From Felis catus (lineage: Eukaryota): a stretch of DNA of 64,000 bases. Under the pieces are notes generated by a model. It was given only the letters and a program-made list of their open reading frames with translations, did no database searches and was not told the DNA's origin. Each line of letters opens with the position of its first letter. Within the stretch, counting starts at the first letter, position 1. Both the position numbers and the translations under genes were made by a program. Positions 1 through 12,685 of the stretch are shown here, in pieces. The stretch covers positions 6,946,001 to 7,010,000 of the forward strand of contig NC_058383.1 of assembly GCF_018350175.1 (NCBI RefSeq). The letters are read 5' to 3'.

Positions 1-2015
1 TATAAGAAATTGCTGCGGCTGAGGTCAGAGAGGTCTTTTCCTGCTTTCTCCTCTAGGGTTTTGATGGTTTCCTGTCTCACATTCAGGTCCTTTATCCATT
101 TTGAGTTTATTTTTGTGAATGGTGTGAGAAAGTGGTCTAGTTTCATCCTTCTGCATGTTGCTGTCCAGTTCTCCCAGCACCATTTGTTAAAGAGACTGTC
201 TTTTTTCCATTGGATGTTCTTTCCTGCTTTGTCAAAGATGAGTTGGCCATACGTTTGTGGGTCTAGTTCTGGGGTTTCTATTCTATTCCATTGGTCTATG
301 TGTCTGTTTTTGTGCCAATACCATGCTGTCTTGATGATGACAGCTTTGTAGTAGAGGCTAAAGTCTGGGATTGTGATGCCTCCTGCTTTGGTCTTCTTCT
401 TCCAAATTACTTTGGCTATTCGGGGCCTTTTGTGGTTCCATCTGAATTTTAGGATTGCTTGTTCTAGTTTCGAGAAGAATGCTGGTGCAATTTTGATTGG
501 GATTGCATTGAATGTGTAGATAGCTTTGGGTAATATTGACATTTTAACAATATTTATTCTTCCAACCCATGAGCATTGAATGTTTTTCCATTTCTTTATA
601 TCTTCTTCAATTTCCTTCATAAGCTTTCTATAGTTTTCAGCATACAGATAATTTATATCTTTGGTTAGATTTATTCCTAGGTATTTTATGCTTCTTGGTG
701 CAATTGTGAATGGGATCAGTTTCTTTATTTGTCTTTCTGTTGTTTCATTATTAGTGTATAAGAATGCAACTCATTTCTGTACATTGATTTTGTATCCTGC
801 AACTTTGCTGAATTCATGTATCAGTTCTAGCAGACTTTTGGTGGAGTCTATCGGATTTTCCATATATAATATCATGTCATCTGCAAAAAGTGAAAGCTTG
901 ACTTCATCTTTGCCAATTTTGATGCCTTTGATTTCCTTTTGTTGTCTGATTGCTGATGCTAGATCTTCCAACACTATGTTAAACAACAGCAGTGAAAGTG
1001 GACATCCCTGTCGTGTTCCTGATCTCAGGGGAAAAGCTCTCAGTTTCTCCCCATTGAGGATGATATTAGCTGTGGGCTTTTCATAAATGGCTTTTATGAT
1101 GTTTAAGTATGTTCCTTCTACCCCGACTTTCTCGAGGGTTTTATTAAGAAAGGATGCTGAATTTTGTCAAATGCTTTTTCTGCATTGATTGACAGGATCA
1201 TATGGTTCTTATCTTTTCTTTTATTAATGTGATGTATCACGTTGATTGATTTGCAAATGTTGAACCAGCCCTGCATCCCAGGAATGAATCCCACTTGATC
1301 ATGGTGAATAATTCTTTTTATATGCTGTTAATTAGATTTGCTAGTGTCTTATTGAGAATTTCTGCATCCATATTCATCAGGGATATTGGCCTGTAGTTCT
1401 CTTTTTTTACTGGGTCTCTGTCTGGTTTAGGAATCAAAGTAATTCTGCCTTCATAGAATGAGTCTGGAAGTTTTCCTTCCCTTTCTATTTCTTGGAATAG
1501 CTTGAGAAGGATAGGTATTATCTCTGCTTTAAATGTCTGGTAGAATTCCCCATGGAAGCCATCTGGTCCCGGACTCTTATTTGTTGGGAGATTTTTGATA
1601 ACCGATTCAATTTCTTCGCTGGTTATGGGTCTGTTCAAGCTTTCTATTTCCTCCTGATTGAGTTTTGGAAGTGTGTGGGTGTTTAGGAATTTGTCCATTT
1701 CTTCCAGGTTGTCCAGTTTGTTGGCATATAATTTTTCACAGTATTCCCTGATAATTGCTTGTATTTCTGAGGGATTGGTTGTAATAATTCCATTTTCATT
1801 CATGATTTTATCTATTTGGGTCATCTCCCTTTTCTTTTTGAGAAGCCTGGCTAGAGGTTGGAAATTTTGTTTATTTTTTCAAAAAACTAACTCTTGGTTT
1901 CATTGATGTGCTCTACAGTTTTTTTAGATTCTGTATTTTTTATTTCTGCTCTGATCTTTATTATTTCTCTTCTGCTGCTGAGTCTGGGGTGTCTTTGCTG
2001 CTCTGCTTCTATTTC

Positions 2016-2978
2016 CTATAGGTGTGCTGTTAGATTTTGTATTGGGGATTTTTCTTGTTTCTTGAGATAGGCCTGGATTGCAATGTCTTTTCCTCTCAGG
2101 ACTGCCTTCGCTGCATCCCAAAGCATTTGGATTGTTGTATTTTCATTTTCATTTGTTTCCATATATTTTTTAATTTCTTCTCTAATTGCATGGTTGACCC
2201 ATTCATTCTTTAGTAGGGTGTTCTTTAACCTCCATGCTTTTGGAGGTTTTCCAGACTTTTTCCTATGGTTGATTTCAAGCTTCATAGCATTGTGGTCTGA
2301 AAGTATGCATGGTATGATTTCAATTCTTGTATACTTATGAAGGGCTGTTTTGTGACCCAGTATGTGATCTATCTTGGAGAATGTTCCACGTGCACTCGAG
2401 AAGAAAATATATTCTGTTGCTTTGGGATGCAGAGTTCTAAATATATCTGTCAAGTCCATCTGATCCAATGTCTCATTCAGGGCCCTTGTTTTTTTATTGA
2501 CTGTGTGTCTAGATGATCTATTCATTGTTGTAAGTGGAGTATTAAAGTCCCCTGCAATTACCGCATTCTTGTCAATAAGTTTGCTTATGTTTGTGAGTAA
2601 TTGTTTTATATATTTGGGGGCTCCCGTATTCGGCACATAGACATTTATAATTGTTAGTTCTTCTTGATGGATAGACCCTGTAATTATTATATAATACCCT
2701 TCTTCATCTCTTGTTACAGCCTTTAATTTAAAGTCTAGTTTGTCTGATATAAGTATGGCTACTCCAGCTTTCTTTTGACTCCCAGTAGCATGATAAATAG
2801 TTCCCCATCCCCTCACTTTCAACCTGAACGGGACCTCAGGTCTAAAATGAGTCTCTTGTAGACAGCAAATAGATGGGTCTTGGTTTTTTATCCATTCTGA
2901 TACCCTGTGTCTTTTGGTTGACGCATTTAGTCCATTTACATTCAGTGTTATTATAGAAAGATATGGGCTTAGAGTCAT
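2016..2978 (-). pseudogene. L1 ORF2 APE-endonuclease domain ending in a premature TAG
   Basis: ORF track 2016..3032; likely start MTLSPYLSIITLNVNGLN at 2978; stops after NLTAHL. Confidence 0.9.
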
Positions 2979-3889
2979 TGTGATGTCTATAGGTTTTGTG
3001 CTAGTAGTGATGTCTCTGGTACTTTGTCTCACAGGATCCCCCTTAGGATCTCTTGTAGGGCTGGTTTAGTGGTGATGAATTCCTTCAGTTTTTGTTTGTT
3101 TGGGAAGACCTTTATCTCTCCTTCTACTCTAAATGACAGACTTGCTGGATAAAGGATTCTCGGCTGCATATTTTTTCTGTTCATCACATTGAAGATCTCC
3201 TGCCATTCCTTTCTGGCCTGCCAAGTTTCAGAAGAGAGATCGGTCACTAGTCTTATTGGTTTCCCTTTATAAGTTAGAGCACGTTTATCCCTCACTGCTT
3301 TCAGAATTTTCTCTTTATCCTTGTATTTTGCCAGTTTCACTATGATATGTCATGCAGAAGATCGATTCAAGTTATGTCTGAAGGGAGTTCTCTGTGCCTC
3401 TTGGATTTCAATGCCTTTTTTTTTCCCCAGATCAGGGAAGTTCTCAGTTATTGTTTCTTCAAGTACACCTTCAGCACCTTTCCCTCTCACTTCCTCCTCT
3501 GGAATGCCAATTATGCGTAGATTATTTCTCTTTAGTGCATCACTTAGTTCTCTAATTTTCCCCTCATACTACTGGATTTTTTTTCCTCTCTTTTTCTCAG
3601 CTTCTTCTTTTTCCATAATTTTATCTTCTAGTTCACCTATTCTCTCCTCTGCCTCTTCAATCCGAGCTGTGGTCGTCTCCATTTTATTTTACATCTCATT
3701 AATAGCATTTTTTAGCTCCTCCTGGCTGTTCCTGAGTGCCTTGATCTCTGTAGCAAGAGATTCTCTGCTGTCCTTTATACTGTTTTCAAGCCCAGCGATT
3801 AATTTTATGACCATTATTCTAAACTCACTTTCTGTTATATTGTTTAAATAATTTTTGATCAGTTTGTTAGCTGTCGTTATTTCCTGGAG

Positions 3890-4116
3890 TTTTTTTTTTT
3901 TTAATTTTTTTTTCAACGTTTATTTATTTTTGGGACAGAGAGAGACAGAGCATGAACGGGGGAGGGGCAGAGAGAGAGGGAGACACAGAATCTGAAACAG
4001 GCTCCAGGCTCCGAGCCATCAGCCCAGAGCCTGATGCGGGGCTCGAACTCACGGACCGCGAGATCGTGACCTGGCTGAAGTCGGACGCTTAACCGACTGC
4101 GCCACCCAGGCGCCCC
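3890..4116 (-). mobile_element. Felid CAN-SINE inserted near the start of L1a ORF1
   Basis: GGGGCGCCTGGGTGGCGCAGTCGGTTAAGCG head on minus, (CT)n and A tail; TSD TCCTGGAG+T-run at 3882 and 4117. Confidence 0.95.
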
Positions 4117-5569
4117 TCCTGGAGGTTTTTTTGAGGGGAATTCTTCCGTTTCATCATTTTGGATAGTCCCTGGAGTGGTACAGAACTTCGGGGCACTTCC
4201 CCTGTGCTGTCTTGAATAACTTGCGTTGGTGGGCGGGGCCGCCGTCAGACCTGATGTCTGCCCCCAGCCCACCGCTGGGGCCACAGTCAGACTGGTGTGT
4301 ACCTTCTCTTCCCCTCTCCTAGTGGCGGGATTCACTGTGCGGTGGCATGGCCCATCTGGGCTACTCGTACACTGCCAGGCTTGTGGTGCTAGGGATCTGG
4401 CGTATTAGCTGGGGTGGATATGCAAGGTGCACAGGGGTGGGAGGGGCAGGCTCAGCTCGCTTATCCTTTGGTGATCTGCTTTGGGAGGGGCCCTGTGGCA
4501 CCTGGAGGGAGTCAGACTGGCCACAGGAGGGATGGATCCACAGAAGCACAGCATTGGGTGTTTGCATGGTGCAAGCAAGTTCCCTGACAGGAACTGGTTC
4601 CCTTTGGGATTTTGGCTGGGGGATGGGTAAGGGAGATGGCACTGGCAAGCACCTTTGATCCCCACCAAGCTGCGCTCTGTTGTCCAGGGGTCAACAACTC
4701 TCCCTACCGTTGTCCTCCAGCCTTCCCGCTCTCTGAGCAGAGCTGTTAACTTATAACCTTCCAGGTGTTAAGTTCCGCTCGCTGTCCAAACACACTCCGT
4801 CCAGCCCCTCTGCTTTTGCAATGAGACTCAGGGACTCTGCTTAGCCGGTGGGCTGCCCCTCTGCCCTGGCTCCCCCCGCCAGTCCATGTAGCGTGCACCA
4901 CCTCTCCGCCCTTCCTACCCTCTTCCATGGACCTCTCGTCTACACTTGGCTCTGGAGAATCCGTTCTTCTAGTCTTCTGGCGATTTTCTGGATCATTTAG
5001 GCAGGTGTGAGTGGAATCTAAGTCACCCCCAGGACGCGGTGAGCTCAGTGTCCTCTACGCCGCCATCTTCCCAGAAGCGTCTCTCAGCCCATTCATTTTT
5101 TAGTAGGATGTTCCTCAGTCTCCAAGTATTTGTTACCTTTCCAATTTTTTCTTGTGGTTGATTTTGAATATCATAGCATTTCTGTCTGGAAATATGCACG
5201 GTATGATCTCGATCTTTTGTACTTAGTTAGGGCTGATTTGTGTCCCAGTATATGGTCTATTCTGGAGAACACTCCACGTGCACTGGAGAAGAATGTATAT
5301 TATGCTGCCTTAGGATGAAATGTTCTGAATATATCTGTTAAGTCCACCTGGTCCAGTGTGTCATTCAAAGCCATATTTTCCTTGTTGATTTTTTGATTAG
5401 ATTATCTGTCCATTGTTGTGATTGGGGTGTTGAAGTCTCCTACTATTATGGTGTTACTATTGATTGGTTTCTTTATGTTTGTGATTAATTGATTTATAGA
5501 TTTGGGTGCTTTCACATTTGGTGCATAAATGTTTACAATTGTTAGGTCTTCTTGGTGGATAGACCTCTT

Positions 5570-5777
5570 TTTTTTATTTTTTTTAATTTATTTTTGGGAC
5601 AGAGAGACAGAGCATGAACGTGGGAGGGGCAGAGAGAGAGGGAGACACAGAATCGGAAACAGGCTCCAGGCTCCAAGCCATCAGCCCAGAGCCTGACGCG
5701 GGGCTCGAACTCACAGACCACGAGATCGTGACCTGGCTGAAGTCGGACGCTTAACCGACTGCGCCACCCAGGCGCCC
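5570..5777 (-). mobile_element. Felid CAN-SINE in L1b
   Basis: SINE head and body; TSD GATAGACCTCTT (5558-5569) / GATACACCTCTT (5778-5789). Confidence 0.95.
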
Positions 5778-7153
5778 GATACACCTCTTGATTATGATAT
5801 AATGCCCTTCTGCATCTCTTGATACAGTCTTTATTTTAAAGTCTAGATTGTCTAATATAAGTATGGCTTCTCCAGGTTTCTTTTGTTGACCATTAGCATG
5901 GTAGGTGGTCGTCCATCCCCTTATTTTCAATCTGAAGGTGTCTTTAGGTCTAAAGAAGGTCTCTTGTAAACAGCATATAGATGGATCTTGTTTTCTTATC
6001 CATTTTGTTACCCTATGTATTTTGATTGGAGCATTGAGTCCTTTGAAGTTTAGAGTGAGTACTGAAAGATATGAATTTATTGCCATTATGATGCTTGTAT
6101 AGTTGGAGTTTCTGGTGGTGGTCTCCGTTCCTTTCTAATCTTTGTTGCTTGCTTGCTTGCTTGCTTTCTCTTTCTTTATGTTTTCATCTTTTCTCCCCTC
6201 AGAGAGTTCCCCTTAAAATTTTTTGCAGGGCTGGGTTAGTGGTCACAAACTCCTTTAAGTTTTGTTTGTCTGGGAAACTTTTTATCTCTCCTTTTATTTT
6301 GAATGACAGCCTTGCTGGATAAAGAATTCTTGGCTGCATGTTTTTCTGATTCAGCACATTGAATATATCTTGCCACTCCTTTCTGGCCTGCCAGGTTTCT
6401 GTGGATAGGTCTGCTGCAAACCTGATCTGTCTTCCCTTGTTGGTTAAGGACTTTTTTTTTCCTTGCTGCCTTCATGATTCTCTCCTTGCCTGAGTATTGT
6501 GTGAATTTGACTATGATATGCCTTGTTTATGGTCAGTTTTTGTTGAATCTAATGGAGTCCTCTGTGCTTCCTGGATTTTGATGTCTGTGTCTTTCCCCAC
6601 GTTAGGAAAGTTTTCCACTATGATTTGCTTGCATAACCCTTCTACCCCTTTTACCTCTCTTCCTCTTCTGGGGCCCCTATGATTCTGATGTTGTTACTTC
6701 TTAATGAGTCATTGTTTTCTCTAATTCTTAAATCGTGCTCTTTTGCCTTTATCTCCCTCTTTTTTTCTGTTTCATTATTCTCCATAAGTTTGTCCTCTAT
6801 ATCACTGATTCTCTGTTCTATCTCATCCATCCTTGCCACCGTGGCATCCATTCAAAATTGCAGCTCAGTTATAGCATTTTTAATTTCATCCTGACTAGTT
6901 TTTACTTCCTTTATATCTGCAGAAAGGGATTCTAATCTATTTTCAACTCCAGCTAGTATTCCTATTATCATGATTCTAAATTCTGGTTCAGACATTTTGC
7001 TTGTATCTGTATTGGTTAAATCCCTGGCTGTCATTTCTTCATGCTCTTTCTTTTGGGGTGAATTCCTTCATTTCATCGTTTTGGAGGGAGAAAAGGAATT
7101 AATGAGGCAGAAAAATTAAAATTAAAAAATTAAAAAAAATTAAAATTAAAAAA

Positions 7154-7154
<1 letters not shown>

Positions 7155-7200
<46 letters not shown>
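7155..7200. repeat. (CA)n microsatellite
   Basis: Direct reading. Confidence 0.95.
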
Positions 7201-7202
<2 letters not shown>

Positions 7203-8351
7203 TTGAATAAATGATGCCAAATCCTAGGTGTGTTTTGGTCTGGGTGTTTAAAGTGTTTGATAGATTAGAGAAAAAAGGCGGGGGGAATCGTTTGAGAATT
7301 TGAAAAAAATGAATACACTGAAGTAGACTAAAATGAAATGATGGGAGTAAAATAGACTTTGAAAAAATTTACACAGAGAGAGACAGGTGGAAGATGGCAG
7401 TATAGGAGGACACTGGGCTCACCTCGTCCGGCTGATGACTTAGATTCCACCTACATCTGCCTAAATAGCCCAGAAAACCGCTAGAAGACTAGAAGAACAG
7501 ACTCTCTGGAGCCAAGCATAGACTAGAGGCCCAGAGAAGAGGGTAAGAAGAGCGGAGAGGCGGTGCATGCTACACGGATTGGCAGGAGGTAGCCAGGGTG
7601 GTGGAGGGGCAGGCTGCCTGGCAAGGCAGAGCCCCCAAAGTCTGGCTTGCAAAAGTGCAGGGACCGGACTGTGTGAGTTCTGACAGCCAGCGGGACTTAA
7701 CATTTGGAATATTAAAAGTCAACAGCTCTGCTCTCGGAGAGCGGGGAGGGCGAGAGGACTCAGGGAGGGAGAGTTTTTGAGCCCTGGAGGACAGAGTTCA
7801 GCTCAGTGGGGGAACAAAGGCACTGGCAAGTGCCATTTCCCTCTCCCATTCCCCAGCCAAAATTCCAAAGGGAACCAGTTTCCATCACTGAACTTGCTTG
7901 CACCGCACAAATGCCCAATGCTGTGCTTCTGTGAATCCATCTCTCTGATGGGCCTGCCTCATTCCCGGTGCTGCAGGGCCCCTCCTGCAGGGGGCCACCA
8001 ATGGTAAAGGAAGCTAAGCCTACCCTCTGGCCCCTGTGAACCTTGCTGATCCACCCGAGGTAACACGCCCTTGGCAAGATCCCATCGAAACAGCACCACA
8101 AGCCTGGCAGTGTACAAGCAGCCCAGACAGGCGCCATACTACTCCACAGTGAGTCTTGCCCCTGGAAAAGGGGAAGATAAGGTACACAACAGTCTGACTG
8201 TGGCCCCAGTGGTGAGCTGGGGGCAGATATCAGGTCTGACTGTGGCCCTGCCCACCAACACAAGTTTCTCCGGAGAGCACAGGGGAAGTGCCCTGAAGTT
8301 TGGAGCTACTGCAGTGACTACCCAAAATGATGAAAGAGATGAATTCTCCTC

Positions 8352-8365
8352 AAAAAAAAAAAAAA

Positions 8366-8400
<35 letters not shown>

Positions 8401-8404
8401 AAAA
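8352..8404. repeat. A-run/(TAAA)n expansion at the start of L1c ORF1
   Basis: Direct reading. Confidence 0.9.
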
Positions 8405-8623
8405 CTCCAGGAATTAGTGACAGCTAACGAATTGATCAAAACCGATTTAAGCAATATAGTGGAACAAGAATTTAGAATAGTAGTCATAAAATTAATTGCT
8501 GGGCTTGAAAAAAAGCATAGAGGACAGTTGAGAATCTAGCTACAGAGATCAAGGGACTAAGAAATAGTCATGAGGAACTAACAAATGCTATAAATGAGGT
8601 GCAAAATAAAATGGAGGCGGCCA

Positions 8624-8832
8624 GGGGCGCCTGGGTGGTTCAGTTGCTTAAGTGTACAACTTCGGCTCAGGTCATGATCTCGTGGTTCGTGGGGTTGAGC
8701 CCCACATCGGGCTCTGTGCTGACAGCTCACAGCCTGGAGCCTGCCTCAGATTCTATGTCTCCCTCTCTCTCTGCCCCTCCCCTGCTCATCCCTCTCTCTC
8801 TCTGTCTTTCAAAAATAAAATAGACATTAAAA
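8624..8832 (+). mobile_element. CAN-SINE in L1c ORF1
   Basis: GGGGCGCCTGGGTGGTTCAG head; TSD AAAATGGAGGC(G/A)GCCA at ~8608-8623 and 8833-8848. Confidence 0.93.
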
Positions 8833-11084
8833 AAAATGGAGGCAGCCATAGCACGAATTGAAGAGGCAGAGGAGAGAATAGGTGAATTAGAAGATAAAAT
8901 TATGGAAAAAGAGGAAGCTGAGAAAAAGAGAGAAAAAAATCCAGGAGTATGAGGGGAGAATTAGAGAACTAAGTGATGCAATCAAATGGAACCAAATCCG
9001 TATCATAGGTATTCCAGAAGAAGAAGAGAGAGAAGAGCCTGAAGGTGTACTTGAAGAAATCATAGCTGAGAACTTCCCTGATCTGGGGAGGGAAAAAGGC
9101 ATTGAAATCCAAGAGGCACAGAGAACTCCCTTCAGATGTAACTTGAATTGATCTTTTGCATGACATATCATAGTGAAACTGGAAAAATACAAGGATAAAG
9201 AGAAAATTCTGAAAGCAGCGAGGGATAAATGTGCTTTAACATATAAAGGGAAACCAATAAGACTAGTGACCGATCTCTCTTCTGAAACTTGGCAGGCCAG
9301 AAAGGAATGGCAGGAGATCTTCAATGTGATGAACAGAAAAAATATGCAGCTGAGAATCCTTTAGCCAGCAAGTCTGTAATTCAGAATAGAAGGAGAGATA
9401 AAGGTCTTCCCAAACAAACAAAAACTGAAGGAATTCATCACCACTAAACCAGCCCTACAAGAGATCCTAAGGGGGATCCTGTGAGACAAAGTACCAGAGA
9501 CATCACTACTAGCACAAAACCTATAGACATCACAATGACTCTAAACCCATATCTTTCTATAATAACACTGAATGTAAATGGACTAAATGCGTCAACCAAA
9601 AGACACAGGGTATCAGAATGGATAAAAAACCAAGACCCATCTATTTGCTGTCTACAAGAGACTCATTTTAGACCTGAGGTCCCGTTCAGGTTGAAAGTGA
9701 GGGGATGGGGAACTATTTATCATGCTACTGGGAGTCAAAAGAAAGCTGGAGTAGCCATACTTATATCAGACAAACTAGACTTTAAATTAAAGGCTGTAAC
9801 AAGAGATGAAGAAGGGCATTATATAATAATTACAGGGTCTATCCATCAAGAAGAACTAACAATTATAAATGTCTATGTGCCGAATACGGGAGCCCCCAAA
9901 TATATAAAACAATTACTCACAAACATAAGCAAACATTGATAAGAATGTAGTAATTTCAGAGGACTTTAATGTCCCACTTACAGAAATGGATAGATCATCT
10001 ACACACATGGTCAATAAAGAAACAAGGGCCCTGAATGATACATTGGATCCGATGGACTTGACAGATATATTTAGAACTCTGCATCCCATAGCAACAGAAT
10101 ATACTTTCTTCTCGAGTGCACGTGGAACATTCTCCAAGATAGATCACATACTGGGTCACAAAACAGCCCTTCATAAGTATACAAGAATTGAGATCATACC
10201 ATGCATACTTTCAGACCACAATGCTATGAATCTTGAAATCAACCACAGGAAAAAGTCTGGAAAACCTCCAAAAGCATGGAGGTTAAAGAGCATCCTACTA
10301 AAGAATTAATAGGTCAACCAGGCAATTAGAGAAGAAATTAAAAAATATATGGAAACAAATGAAAATGAAAATACAACAATCCAAATGCTTTGGGATGCAG
10401 CGAAGGCAGTCCTGAGAGGAAAAGACATTGCAATCCAGGCCTATCTCAAGAAACAAGAAAAATCCCCAATACAAAATCTAACAGCACACCTATAGGAAAT
10501 AGAAGCAGAGCAGCAAAGACACCCCAGACCCAGCAGAAGAAGAGAAATAATAAAGATCAGAGCAGAAATAAACAATATAGAATCTAAAAAAACTGTAGAG
10601 CACATCAATGAATCCAAGAGTTAGTTTTTTGAAAAAATAAACAAAATTGACCAACCTCTAGCCAGGCTTCTCAAAAAGAAAAGGGAGATGACCCAAATAG
10701 ATAAAATCATGAATGAAAATGGAATTACAACCAATTCCTCAGAAACACAAGCAATTATCAGGGAATACTGTGAAAAATTATATGCCAACAAACTGGACAA
10801 CCTGGAAGAAATGGACAAATTCCTAAACACCCGCATACTTCCAAAACTCAAACAGGAAGAAATAGAAAACTTGAACAGACCCATATTCAGCAAAGAAATT
10901 GAATCAGTCATCAGAAATTTCCCAACAAATAAGAATCCAGGACCAGATGACTTCCCAGGGGTATTCTACCAGACATTTAAAGCAGAGATAATACCTATGC
11001 TTCTCAAGCTGTTCCAAAAAATAGAAAGGGAGGGAAAACTTCCAGACTCATTCCATGAAGCCAGCATTACTTTGATTCTCCCCC

Positions 11085-12685
11085 AAAATTAAAGAAAATT
11101 AAAGAAAAATAGTTTTAATAGAAACTGAAAGTAAATATGAAGTTTTTTTTCTTTCTGTATGCAAGAAGAAGAAAAGAAACAAGAGGAAAAAAAGAAAAAA
11201 AAGGAAATCATTTGAAGATTTGAAAAAATGAATATACTGAAGTAGACTAAAATAAAATGATGGAAGTAAAATAGAATTTGAAAAAATTTACACAAAAGTA
11301 AAAATATAGTAAAAAATTAAAGAAAAATATTTTCAATAAAAATTGAAAATAAACATGAATTTTTTCTCTTTCTGTATTCAAGAAAAAGCAAAAAGGAGGA
11401 AAAAAAAGAATGAAAATTGAATAGATGGATCTGCCAACAGAGTGAAGCAGGACTGAAATTACTTTGCTTTCCCCTAGAAGTCAGACTATGAAGCGGTTTA
11501 TAGTCCATAAACTAAGCAGGTGGTGAGACTTATGTTCTTGAAGAGCAAGGTTGGCCCAGCTGGGCGGGGCTCAGTGTCACAGCTCCGTTCTCCACTAGAT
11601 GGCACTGCTAGCCCACTGGGGTGGGGTGTTGTGGTGGTCATAGGTGCCTATGCGCAATTGCAGGAGCGGTGAAAATGGCGCCACCTCGCTACCCAGTCTC
11701 TAACATCGGAACTCTGTTCTCCCTGATCAGCAGTCGCGAACCCATCCTCCATCTTCAGCTGTCGTCCACTACCCGCTTTTTCACTGTCTGTGACCAAGTC
11801 CCAGGCAGTACCTCTCTATTGAATTTTATCTCAGATGTGGCTGTTTTCCCTGGCCCCTTACTTCTGAGGGACTGGGGCTTTGGCCCATTCCGCCCCTCTG
11901 TGGGAGGGTCTCACCGAGCAATGGCTGAATGTCGGCTGCACCCAGGAACGCTTGCTGGACACTGCTGCTTCTGGTGCTCCGAGACTGCGGCCAGGTGCCA
12001 GCCCTCCGTAGAAAAGTTCATGAGATAGTGTAGCAGCAGCATTTCAGGGATTATGGAAAATCACAACACACATCTGGCACCAGGCTTCACCCTTAACAAC
12101 CTTGTTCCAGCACCAGCAAATGTGGCCATTCTCTGGGGTCTGTTGGGACCAAGTGGCTTCAACGTTCTCTACCAAATGTCCTTCCAGCAGTGGAACTGCT
12201 TTTCCTTGTATGGCTCAAGAACCTCCTGGATCCCACTCTGCTCCTGGGGATCCGCCCTTCCCACCAGAGCACCGCCAGATATCAAGCTGTGGAGTTGCAG
12301 ACTCTGCACTCCCCTTGTTTACAGTCTTAATGGAATTCAAGCCCTTTCCTTTCTCCTTTAGTCCCTGCGGCTGTTTCCAATTTTCCACTTTCTCTCCAGC
12401 TGCTTTTGGGGAGGGGTGCTTTTCCTGTATTCTACCTCCTATTTCCATCCTCTCTCTGCCCACAACAGCAGCTTCCTGCCCACCATAGCTTCTCGCTCCC
12501 CACGTTGACCTCTCCGCACTGCGTACCTGCTGAATTCTGTGGTTCGGGTTGTGCAGATTGTTGTGTTGATCCCCCAATCAGTTTTCTAGGTGTGCAGTAT
12601 GGTTTAGTGTTGGTCTGGCTGTGTTTCATGGACGTGAAACACAGAAAAAGCTTCCATGCTGTTCCGCCATCTTGGCTCCTCCTCT
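11085..12685 (-). mobile_element. L1b part 2: remainder of the 5'UTR up to the L1 5' end
   Basis: A-rich tandem units continue from 7375, then a GC-rich UTR; terminal CCGCCATCTTGGCTCCTCC (minus: GGAGGAGCCAAGATGGCGG, a typical L1 5' end). Confidence 0.85.

Larger units (their letters stand above)
1..5085 (-). mobile_element. LINE-1 'L1a', 5'-complete (5'UTR, ORF1, ORF2), decayed; runs off the window start
   Basis: Minus-strand 5' end GAGAGACGCTTCTGGGAAGATGGCGG (YY1-like motif 5060-5069). ORF1 runs ~4157->3029 and is split by a SINE. ORF2 endonuclease ORF 2016..3032 (ICCLQETHF, SDHNAMKL); RT fragments 1318..1824 and 771..986 (LFADDM). Confidence 0.95.
5086..7375 (-). mobile_element. Older carnivore LINE-1 'L1b', part 1 (EN domain, ORF1, start of A-rich repeated 5'UTR)
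   Basis: ORFs 5751..6086 (NAPIK..ICCLQET), 6651..6851 and 6852..7034. Sequence 7291-7375 is the same repeat unit seen again at 11211-11295. Confidence 0.88.
7376..11078 (+). mobile_element. LINE-1 'L1c', 5'-complete but 3'-truncated, inserted into the L1b 5'UTR
   Basis: 5' end GAGAGAGACAGGTGGAAGATGGCAG; ORF1 pieces (9173..9364); ORF2 pieces 9481..9939, 9986..10309 and 10688..11092. Ends at EASITLI with no 3' half and no poly(A). Confidence 0.93.

Noticed and set aside
1..1035. High similarity between the window start and 62372-63388, suggesting a segmental duplication
   Set aside because: Explained by two copies of a young L1 subfamily; they lie in different introns and the right copy has its own TSD.
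10..1086. Plus-strand hydrophobic ORFs recurring at 47780, 62363 and 63088
   Set aside because: Antisense frames of L1 ORF2, not host genes.
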